A DNA stretch of 13,503 nt, taken from NCBI GenBank assembly GCA_965612795.1, contig CBFDTI010000034.1, forward strand, positions 1 to 13,503. Reading direction: 5' to 3'. Position numbers and translations under genes: made by a program. The stretch is from an uncultured bacterium (GTDB lineage: Bacteria > Hydrothermota > UBA3073 > NMUJ01). Under the pieces are notes generated by a model. It had not been told where the DNA came from. It saw only the letters and a list, made by a program, of their open reading frames with translations, and did not search any database. Positions 1 to 7,428 of this stretch are shown piece by piece; the stretch's first letter is position 1, and the number at the start of each line of letters is the position of its first letter.

Positions 1-606
1 CTCAACATACCCGATAAGGATGGTTGGGTAACCAGCTCACTCACAATAGGGGATTCACTCATTATCGACGATATCAACATCTACGTACGTATAACCCATA
101 CGTACATTCAAGACCTACAGGTGAAGCTACGTTCACCCACCGGTACCGAGGTCATGCTACACAACCGAACAGGTGGCTCACACGACAGCATCGTAGGCTG
201 GTACGGTATCGACCTCGTCCCCGATGGCCCAGGCTCGCTATCAGATTTCATCGGCGAGTACTCGGCTGGCGAATGGCAGCTCATGGTTAGAGACTGTGCC
301 GGTAGCGATACCGGTACCCTACACAGCTGGGGTGTAAGAATATTCTCCAGCATACCATATGTTGAGGCATCACCCACTGATGTAAGGTTCAGCGTCATCG
401 TACCCCATACCATAAGCTGGAAGGTACCATCCACCCTACTGCCTGTCAAATGTGCGATTTACGATATCATGGGTAGAAGATTAACCTCATGGCAGATAAC
501 CACCACGACCGGTAGCTTACCATTTGATGCACCCGCTGGCGTATATTTCGTACAAGCTCGGGCTACCCAGTTCAACAAAACCCTAAAGCTAACCCTTTTA
601 TATTAG
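1..606 (+). CDS. Secreted protein, 5'-partial: proprotein-convertase P-domain followed by a T9SS type-A-like (secretion tail) C-terminal domain
   Basis: Frame is open from base 1 (LNIPDKDGWVTSSLTIGDSLIIDDINIYVRITHTYIQDLQVKLRSPTGTEVMLH...), so the GTG at 121 is internal. P-domain motifs: ITHTY..DL.V.L.SP.GT.V.L, F.GE...GEW.L.V.D....D.GTL.SW. Tail motifs: IYDIMGR, PAGVYFV, terminal KLTLLY. Stop TAG at 604-606. Confidence 0.85.
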   Translation, partial: LNIPDKDGWVTSSLTIGDSLIIDDINIYVRITHTYIQDLQVKLRSPTGTEVMLHNRTGGSHDSIVGWYGIDLVPDGPGSLSDFIGEYSAGEWQLMVRDCAGSDTGTLHSWGVRIFSSIPYVEASPTDVRFSVIVPHTISWKVPSTLLPVKCAIYDIMGRRLTSWQITTTTGSLPFDAPAGVYFVQARATQFNKTLKLTLLY

Positions 607-611
607 GAGGT
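605..611 (+). promoter_or_regulatory. Shine-Dalgarno site for the ferredoxin gene
   Basis: AGGAGGT overlaps the upstream TAG stop and lies just before ATG 615. Confidence 0.75.
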
Positions 612-614
612 ATC

Positions 615-854
615 ATGGCCAAAGAAACGACCACCAAGAAACAATGGAATATAGTGATCATCGAGCCACGCTGTAAAGGATGCGGCAACTGTATCGAGTT
701 TTGTCCACGCGATGTGCTGGAGTTCGCTGACCACTTCAACAAGCTCGGTTACCATCCCCCACGTGTGAAATCACCCGATAACTGTATCGGATGTCACCTA
801 TGTGAATACTTATGCCCTGAATTCGCAATTTTCGTCAAACCCAAATCCACATGA
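615..854 (+). CDS. 2x[4Fe-4S] dicluster ferredoxin, resembling the delta subunit of 2-oxoacid:ferredoxin oxidoreductases
   Basis: Two CxxCxxCxxxCP motifs (CKGCGNCIEFCP, CIGCHLCEYLCP). Linker FNKLGYHPP and ending CPEFAI.V are typical of KorD/VorD-like subunits. Confidence 0.9.
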   Translation: MAKETTTKKQWNIVIIEPRCKGCGNCIEFCPRDVLEFADHFNKLGYHPPRVKSPDNCIGCHLCEYLCPEFAIFVKPKST

Positions 855-2314
855 AATATGCACTACTCTCGGTTACCGATAAGACTGGGCTGTACGAATT
901 CGCACATAAGCTACGTGAGTTAGGCTACTCACTGCTGGCAACCTCTGGCACCACACACTACCTACGTGATAGAGGCATAGAGGTGGACGAGTTGAGTAAA
1001 TTCACCGGCTACGGTGAACTATTACATGGTAAGGTAAAATCCCTACACCCAAAGGTATTCGCAGCCATACTCGCATCGGCTGATGAACTGACACAACTTG
1101 ATACACCGCCAATCGATCTGGTTGTGGTCAATCTCTACAAGTTTGAAGATAACCCCTCACCTGATAACATAGATATCGGTGGCGTTGCACTAATTCGTGC
1201 AGCTGCCAAAAATTACCACCGTGTAACAGTTATAGTCGACCCACAGGATTACAACTGGATAGCTGATAAGCTAGCTACTAACTCATTAACCATAGACGAT
1301 AGGCGTATGCTTGCACACAAAGCGTTCCGTTACACAACCTGGTACGATGGAATGATCGCAAGTTATTTCGAGCCCGACTTCAAAGCCTTGTTACTCCACA
1401 AGCATCAAACCCTTCGCTACGGCGAAAATCCCCACCAACCCGCCAGCTGGTACAGTATAGTTGATACAAAAGGGTTCGCACTCCATAAGATACATAAACT
1501 ACAGGGTAAAGACCTATCTTTTAACAACCTTCTCGACATAGACACCGCTGCACGTGTGATAAAGCGGTTCGATAAACCCACTGCAGTAACAATAAAACAT
1601 ACAACTGTAGCGGCACTCGCATCTGGTAACAGTATCGAGGAGGCATTCGACCTCACCTATAAAGGTGATCCGATGTCCATCTTTGGTGGTATACTGGGGT
1701 TCAACCGTCCCGTCACCAAGGAGCTGGCCGAACGCTTGACCTCGATATTTATCGAAGTGGTTGTAGCCCCTGAATTCACCGATACAGCGCTCACCGTATT
1801 AGGTAAGAAGAAGAAACTCATACTTATCAAGCTACCAGCTGACGAGCTACCAGATTTCGAATACCGTACAGTTACTGGTGGTATATTGGTACAAAGCATG
1901 GATCGCTTCGATACAGAAGGTTGGCAAGTTGCTGGCAAATACGAACCTACCGAACCCGAATTGGCAGCTGCCAAGTTTGCATTCCAAGTTGTACAGTTTG
2001 TCAAATCCAACGCTATAGTGTTGGCCACCCCCAACATGACAGTAGGTATAGGTGGTGGCCAACCCTCACGCGTATGGGCGGCCGAAATTGCAATCAAAAA
2101 CCGTGATAGGTTCAACCTCACCCACCTACACCCAGTAGCATTAGCATCGGACGGCTTCTTACCCTTCCCTGATACTGTAGAGCTCGCCGCACAAGCTGGT
2201 ATAGATGTCATAGTGGAACCCGGTGGCTCAATCCGCGACCCTGAAGTCATTGCAGCCGCTGACCGCTACAAGATACCCATAATTTTCACGTATAAGCGTC
2301 ACTTTCGACACTGA
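851..2314 (+). CDS. purH: Bifunctional AICAR transformylase / IMP cyclohydrolase
   Basis: ALLSVTDKTGL, VKSLHP, IDIGG..LIRAAAKN, LRYGENPHQ, GKDLSFNN, VKSNAI, GGQPSR, ASDGF.PFPD, PGGSIRD, C-terminal RHFRH. ATGA overlap with the ferredoxin stop. Confidence 0.97.
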   Translation: MKYALLSVTDKTGLYEFAHKLRELGYSLLATSGTTHYLRDRGIEVDELSKFTGYGELLHGKVKSLHPKVFAAILASADELTQLDTPPIDLVVVNLYKFEDNPSPDNIDIGGVALIRAAAKNYHRVTVIVDPQDYNWIADKLATNSLTIDDRRMLAHKAFRYTTWYDGMIASYFEPDFKALLLHKHQTLRYGENPHQPASWYSIVDTKGFALHKIHKLQGKDLSFNNLLDIDTAARVIKRFDKPTAVTIKHTTVAALASGNSIEEAFDLTYKGDPMSIFGGILGFNRPVTKELAERLTSIFIEVVVAPEFTDTALTVLGKKKKLILIKLPADELPDFEYRTVTGGILVQSMDRFDTEGWQVAGKYEPTEPELAAAKFAFQVVQFVKSNAIVLATPNMTVGIGGGQPSRVWAAEIAIKNRDRFNLTHLHPVALASDGFLPFPDTVELAAQAGIDVIVEPGGSIRDPEVIAAADRYKIPIIFTYKRHFRH

Positions 2315-2350
2315 TCAACCCACCTGCGTATTATTACTAGTAGACAAAAT

Positions 2351-2401
2351 TATTTGATTGACTTTACTCGATTCCATGTAGTTATTTAAATTAGCAGGAG
2401 G
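2351..2401 (+). promoter_or_regulatory. AT-rich intergenic region with a possible -35 element (TTGACT, 2358-2363) and a strong SD (AGGAGG, 2396-2401) for frr
   Basis: This is the only sizeable non-coding gap (2315-2406). The SD is clear. The -10 element is not well defined at canonical spacing, so the promoter call is weak. Confidence 0.45.
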
Positions 2402-2406
2402 CAAAT

Positions 2407-2961
2407 ATGGAAAGCATAATAAATGATGCCGAAGTTAGAATGAAGAAAACTCTGGACTTTCTCAAACGCGAACTCACCAACATCCACACCGGGCGTGCCA
2501 CTCCACGTATGGTGGAAGATATCAAAGTATCTGCATACGATAGCGAGCTACCTATAAAACAGGTAGCCACTATATCGATACCCGAGCCACGCCTCATAAT
2601 AATAAGTCCATGGGATAAGTCATTACTCACAGAAATCGAACGTGCCATCCAGCGTGCAAATATCGGTATAAACCCACAGAATGATGGCCAAGTCATAAGG
2701 CTTGTTGTACCTCCATTGAGTGAGGAACGTCGTCGCGGTATGGTAGACCTAGTCAAACGCATAACCGAACAGCATCGTGTAGCATTACGTAACATACGCC
2801 GTGATGTTATCGACAAATTACGCAAAATGAAAAAAGAAGGCGCGCTATCCGAAGACGATGCCAAGCGGCTCGAAAAGCAGGTCGACGACCTCACTAAAGA
2901 TTACATCGGTAAAGCTGACGAGTTGATGGAGGCCAAAATCAACGAACTAATGGAGGAATGA
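2407..2961 (+). CDS. frr: Ribosome recycling factor
   Basis: 184 aa. I.TGRA.P, PI.QVATIS.PEPR...I.PWDK, INPQNDG..IR...PPLSEERR, RVALRNIRRD, LSEDD, K..ELME. Confidence 0.98.
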   Translation: MESIINDAEVRMKKTLDFLKRELTNIHTGRATPRMVEDIKVSAYDSELPIKQVATISIPEPRLIIISPWDKSLLTEIERAIQRANIGINPQNDGQVIRLVVPPLSEERRRGMVDLVKRITEQHRVALRNIRRDVIDKLRKMKKEGALSEDDAKRLEKQVDDLTKDYIGKADELMEAKINELMEE

Positions 2962-3650
2962 ACCCTCTCACTCATATCGGTATAATAATGGACGGTAACG
3001 GCCGCTGGGCACAACGACGTGGCCTACCGCGGGTTGAAGGTCACAAGGCAGGTGTAGCAGCCCTTGAGAAAATAGTCGAACACTGTGGTAAACTTGGCAT
3101 CCCATATCTTACAGTATTTGCATTTTCCACCGAAAACTGGCGTCGCCCCGCTCATGAAGTACATGCAATACTTAATCTGCTCAGCAAAACTGCGGAGGAG
3201 AAGCTACCCAAGTTGATGGAAAATAACATACAAACACGTTTCATGGGTAGGCTTAACCAATTCCCCATCTGGATACGCCGTCGCCTGTATAAGGTGCAGG
3301 AAGTTACTAAAAACAACACCGGGCTTATATTCACCATAGCGCTTAACTATGGTGGTAGAAGTGAGATCGTCGATGCTGTCAACAAAATCTTACATAACGG
3401 TATACGTAAGGTGGACGAAGAGAGCTTCCGACGTTTTCTTTACTATCCGGATTTACCAGATATTGATCTACTCATACGTACATCGGGCGAGTTCCGTATA
3501 TCGAATTTTATGTTATGGCAACTTGCTTACACTGAGCTATGGATAACCCCTACACTATGGCCAGACTTCACTCCAGAAGAACTCGATCGCGCTATCGCTG
3601 ATTATACAAAAAGGGAACGTAGGTATGGGGGGCTCATCCAATCGCAATAA
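2958..3650 (+). CDS. uppS: Undecaprenyl/polyprenyl diphosphate synthase (cis-isoprenyltransferase)
   Basis: HIGIIMDGNGRWA, GHKAG, FAFSTENWRRP, ALNYGGRSEI, DLLIRTSGE.RISNFMLWQ, LWPDF, RERRYGG. Canonical position after frr. Confidence 0.98.
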   Translation: MNPLTHIGIIMDGNGRWAQRRGLPRVEGHKAGVAALEKIVEHCGKLGIPYLTVFAFSTENWRRPAHEVHAILNLLSKTAEEKLPKLMENNIQTRFMGRLNQFPIWIRRRLYKVQEVTKNNTGLIFTIALNYGGRSEIVDAVNKILHNGIRKVDEESFRRFLYYPDLPDIDLLIRTSGEFRISNFMLWQLAYTELWITPTLWPDFTPEELDRAIADYTKRERRYGGLIQSQ

Positions 3651-4479
3651 TCTGCTCTGGCGTACACTAAGCGGTGTACTGTTTGTACCGGCGCTCGTCG
3701 TCATTGCACGTGAGGGTGGTTTTTTCTTCCTGCTACTCGTAGAGCTTGGCATAGCTATAGGTACTTTCGAATTCTACGAAATATTGACAGCTAAAGGGTT
3801 ACACCCATATCGGTTCCTTGGTATATTAGCAGCCTTGGTGTTAGGCTGGACCGCATACTACGCAAGTTACCTTTATACGTTTTTAACACTAACTGTACTG
3901 ATTTTCATATTAGCGGTTAGTGAGCTGATACGTCGTCACCCCAAAGACAGCATATACCATATTGCGAGCACAGTATTTGGTACGTTCTACATCGGATGGC
4001 TGATGAGCCACCTCATACTTTTACGTGAGCTACCCAAGTATTTAGGTTTAGATTATAGTGTAGGGGTTACGTTTGCGTTACTGCCATTCATAATCGCATG
4101 GGGTAACGATACTATGGCGTTCTTCATCGGCCGTAAATTCGGCCGTCACCCACTATTACATCGTGTAAGTCCGGGTAAAACCTGGGAAGGCACCATAGGT
4201 GGTATACTGTTTGCAACCCTCTTCACAGTAATCTATCGCTACCTTTATGCCACATACCTAAGGCCAATAGATGCTGTGCTTATGGGTTTAATAGGTGCAA
4301 GTATGGCGCTAATAGGTGATCTAGTCGAATCTCTCATCAAACGTGACGCATACCTGAAAGAAAGTTATGGCACCATACCTGGTCATGGTGGTGTGTTAGA
4401 CCGCTTCGATAGCATCTTCTTCTGTGCACCCTTTGTTTATTACTATCTTAGGTTACTTTTTGAAGTACTACTTAGATGA
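3625..4479 (+). CDS. cdsA: Phosphatidate cytidylyltransferase
   Basis: Polytopic membrane protein. W.NDT.AFFIGR.FGRH, VSPGKTWEG, GDLVES.IKR, IPGHGGVLDRFDS. Confidence 0.96.
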   Translation: MGGSSNRNNLLWRTLSGVLFVPALVVIAREGGFFFLLLVELGIAIGTFEFYEILTAKGLHPYRFLGILAALVLGWTAYYASYLYTFLTLTVLIFILAVSELIRRHPKDSIYHIASTVFGTFYIGWLMSHLILLRELPKYLGLDYSVGVTFALLPFIIAWGNDTMAFFIGRKFGRHPLLHRVSPGKTWEGTIGGILFATLFTVIYRYLYATYLRPIDAVLMGLIGASMALIGDLVESLIKRDAYLKESYGTIPGHGGVLDRFDSIFFCAPFVYYYLRLLFEVLLR

Positions 4480-5633
4480 CCAAAAAGAATGTCGTAATAT
4501 TAGGCTCTTCTGGTTATATAGGTAACGCTACACTTGATGTAATTTCACACTTGTCTGATAGGTTCACAGTATTTGGTCTATCCGTACACCAGAACATTAC
4601 CCTGCTGAGCCACCAGATACGCAAGTTCCGTCCCAAGGTTGTAGCTATCACCGATCCGGATCAGACTTCCAAATTTACTCCCATACATGGGGTCAAGGTA
4701 TTGAAAGGTATGGAAGGGCTTGTTGAACTCGCCACCCTACCCGAAGTCGATATAGTTGTGGTAGCAGTCTCCGGTACGAATGGCTTGTATCCCACACTTC
4801 ACGCAATAAAAGCAGGTAAATCCATAAGAATAGCTAACAAGGAGACGCTCGTCGGTTACGGTGAACTCATAATGCCACTCGTCCACCAGCATAATGTATC
4901 GTTTTTACCTATCGACAGCGAACACACAGGGTTATATCAATTACTTAACTACAAGGATAACTTCAAACGCTTAATACTTACCGCATCTGGTGGCGTCTTC
5001 CACAACCGCCCCATAGAGGCTGATATTTCACCCGACGAGGTGCTCAAGCATCCACGCTGGCAGATGGGTAAACTCATCACCATATATTCAAGCCTTATGG
5101 TTAACAAAGGCATGGAAGTAATAGAGGCTCACTATCTGTTTGGTGTAGGGTTCGACCGAATAGATGTTGTAATACATCCAGAGGCTATCATCCACGCTAT
5201 GGTGGAATTCATCGATAACTCCATTATTGCGCAACTAAGTATACCTGATATGCGATTAGCAATCCAATATGCATTAACGTATCCCGAACGCTGTACAGCA
5301 ATCGTGAAGCAGTTAGATCTCACCAAGCTTACCGAATTGCATTTTTATCCACCTGATGAGACGAAATTCCCCGCGTTACGTATCGCATATGAGGTAGGTA
5401 CACTCAAACGTGGCTATCCCCTAGTATATGTAGTAGCTGCAGAGGAAGCTACAAAGGCATTTCTCGCCAATAAGTTACGATTTAAGGATATACCACGTGT
5501 GATCGCAACCATGGTGGAATCGTACCACCCACCTCCTACGATAAACCTTGACACCTTACGAGAGGTTGAACACCAAACCAGGCACCGTACCACAAATGTT
5601 ATTGAAGATATTATCGCCAGTTATCGTAATTAG
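4476..5633 (+). CDS. dxr: 1-deoxy-D-xylulose 5-phosphate reductoisomerase (divergent)
   Basis: ILGSSGYIG, ANKETLV, LPIDSEH, LILTASGG, HP.W.MG, NKG.EVIEA, PDMR. Canonical position between cdsA and rseP. Confidence 0.95.
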   Translation: MTKKNVVILGSSGYIGNATLDVISHLSDRFTVFGLSVHQNITLLSHQIRKFRPKVVAITDPDQTSKFTPIHGVKVLKGMEGLVELATLPEVDIVVVAVSGTNGLYPTLHAIKAGKSIRIANKETLVGYGELIMPLVHQHNVSFLPIDSEHTGLYQLLNYKDNFKRLILTASGGVFHNRPIEADISPDEVLKHPRWQMGKLITIYSSLMVNKGMEVIEAHYLFGVGFDRIDVVIHPEAIIHAMVEFIDNSIIAQLSIPDMRLAIQYALTYPERCTAIVKQLDLTKLTELHFYPPDETKFPALRIAYEVGTLKRGYPLVYVVAAEEATKAFLANKLRFKDIPRVIATMVESYHPPPTINLDTLREVEHQTRHRTTNVIEDIIASYRN

Positions 5634-6852
5634 CTTTCTCGTGTTGATACACGAGTTGGGCCATTTCTACTTTGCCCGTAGGTTTGGCATGCATATACAG
5701 CAGTTCTCCATAGGGTTTGGACCGCCAATCCTTCAGTTCACACGTAACAATACCCTCTATCGGATAGGTGCAATACTGTTTGGTGGTTACGTAGCAATCA
5801 AAGGTGTAGAACCCTCAGACGAACCGCCTACACCGGATGCATTTCGTGCTAAACCATCCTCACACCGCATAATGGTGCTATTAAGTGGTTCACTCTTTAA
5901 CTTATTCTCCGCTTACCTGGTCTGTATGGCCAGCTTCCTCATAACTGGCATAAGCGTCATCCCCTACACTACTTTGGAACAGCCTGCAGGTGCCTTCCGT
6001 GCAGGTGATGTAATCCTAAAGGTAGCCGATAAGCCTGTTAAATATTGGGACGATTTCGTAAAGTACACAGGTATAACCCCAGATAGTGTTATCGTCACAG
6101 TACTACGTGGCCACGATACGGTCAGGGTGTGGTATCACAAACACGAATCCCTACAACCATTGATACCACCAGTAATCGGTGAAGTAAAGCGTGACGGTCC
6201 TGCCTGGCGTGCTGGTTTACGTAGCGGTGACCGCATAATTGCCATCGACACTATCCCTATAATATCATGGAATACGCTTGTCACCACCATACGTGCATAT
6301 CAACCTGGTGATACCGTGAGTGTGAGATTCAACCGTAACGACACCATCCGTACCGTATTAGTGGTACTTGGTAGCCAGCGTGTACTTGAAAACGGCACCC
6401 TACGTAACGTTGCCGCTATGGAGATACTAATCCCACACCAACGCATAAGGTTAGGCCTACGCGCCCCTATACGTGCAGCAACCGAAATCTGGCACATTAT
6501 CCTATTATTCTTCCGGATACTGAAACAGATGTTAACCCACCAGCTATCACCAAGCTTGTTGGGCGGTCCCCTCAGTTTGATACAAGTAACTGCTACCACA
6601 GTAGGTTGGGGGCTATCTGCTATCTTACGCCTGTTTTACATATTATCAACACAGCTGGCAATTTTCAACCTATGTCCGTTACCGCCGTTAGATGGTGGGC
6701 TCATATTTCTCACATTTATCGAACGTATGCGACACAAGCCATTCACAAGAAAAGGCTATGAATTAGCGCAAACCATAGGGTGGTCGCTATTGATTCTGTT
6801 GCTCATTTACGTATCTTATAATGATATACAGCGAATCTTTAAACTAAAATGA
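5596..6852 (+). CDS. rseP: RIP metalloprotease RseP (M50 family) with PDZ domains
   Basis: HELGH zinc motif in TM1, FSIGFGP, GGYV.I.G, GPA.RAGL.SGDRI PDZ, FNL.PLPPLDGG. ATG 5596 preferred over TTG 5548 because it gives the usual short N-terminus before HExxH. Confidence 0.95.
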   Translation: MLLKILSPVIVISFLVLIHELGHFYFARRFGMHIQQFSIGFGPPILQFTRNNTLYRIGAILFGGYVAIKGVEPSDEPPTPDAFRAKPSSHRIMVLLSGSLFNLFSAYLVCMASFLITGISVIPYTTLEQPAGAFRAGDVILKVADKPVKYWDDFVKYTGITPDSVIVTVLRGHDTVRVWYHKHESLQPLIPPVIGEVKRDGPAWRAGLRSGDRIIAIDTIPIISWNTLVTTIRAYQPGDTVSVRFNRNDTIRTVLVVLGSQRVLENGTLRNVAAMEILIPHQRIRLGLRAPIRAATEIWHIILLFFRILKQMLTHQLSPSLLGGPLSLIQVTATTVGWGLSAILRLFYILSTQLAIFNLCPLPPLDGGLIFLTFIERMRHKPFTRKGYELAQTIGWSLLILLLIYVSYNDIQRIFKLK

Positions 6853-7343
6853 AAGTCGGCATAATGTCAGACTCACACGATAGGTTACCTTATATAAAGC
6901 GAGCTGTGGATATATTTAACCGCGAATCGGTGGATCTCGTCCTACACGCGGGTGATTATGTTGCACCCTTCGTCGTATTGGAGTTATCCAAGCTCAACTG
7001 TAATCTCATCGGTATTTTTGGTAACAACGATGGTGATAAAGATTACCTACGCAAGAAGTTTGGTGAACACGGTTTCTCACTATACATAGCACCATACGTG
7101 ATCCAGCTGGGGGGTAGACGCTTCCTACTGGTACACTATCCGGATTTGGTTGATTCGCTAGCCAAAAGTTACGATTTCGATATCATAGTATATGGGCATA
7201 CGCATAAACTCGACATCAGGTACAAAGATAAGACCCTAATCATTAACCCCGGCGAGACTGCGGGCTGGCTGAACCGTCCTTCTATTGTAGTCCTAGATAC
7301 CGATACCTTGAAACCCAGAACCTTTTACCTCGATGCGACTTAA
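6849..7343 (+). CDS. YfcE/MJ0936-family metallophosphoesterase
   Basis: SDSHD, HAGD, GNND, H.P, GHTH and NPGE motifs of the calcineurin-like family. 164 aa. Confidence 0.92.
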   Translation: MKVGIMSDSHDRLPYIKRAVDIFNRESVDLVLHAGDYVAPFVVLELSKLNCNLIGIFGNNDGDKDYLRKKFGEHGFSLYIAPYVIQLGGRRFLLVHYPDLVDSLAKSYDFDIIVYGHTHKLDIRYKDKTLIINPGETAGWLNRPSIVVLDTDTLKPRTFYLDAT

Positions 7344-7428
7344 AAAATACGAGTTACTGCAACTCATTATCGTGGTGTACATTCTAGGGTTGCTGATCGC
7401 AATATTGGTCAAACACCTAATTCAATGA
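7333..7428 (+). CDS. Putative 31-aa single-pass membrane peptide (absent from the ORF track)
   Basis: MRLKKYELLQLIIVVYILGLLIAILVKHLIQ*. Starts 11 nt inside the end of the phosphoesterase gene, and its TGA overlaps the pyrG ATG (ATGA, 7425-7428). Basic N-terminus plus a hydrophobic stretch of about 19 residues. Confidence 0.7.
   Translation: MRLKKYELLQLIIVVYILGLLIAILVKHLIQ

Noticed and set aside
24..449. Alternative ORFs 24..290 (+) and 108..449 (-)
   Set aside because: They overlap the frame-1 P-domain protein, which has clear motifs. They show no recognisable features.
2315..2350. Possible terminator or riboswitch after purH
   Set aside because: No stable GC hairpin with a U-tract and no recognisable aptamer. 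The gap is short and AT-rich.
1417..2894. Antisense ORFs 1417..1656, 1657..2250, 1847..2062 and 2391..2894
   Set aside because: Shadow frames of purH and frr with Ser/Ala-rich composition and no motifs.
5548..5595. Longer TTG start for rseP
   Set aside because: It adds 16 polar residues and an 86-nt overlap with dxr. ATG 5596 fits the family N-terminus better.
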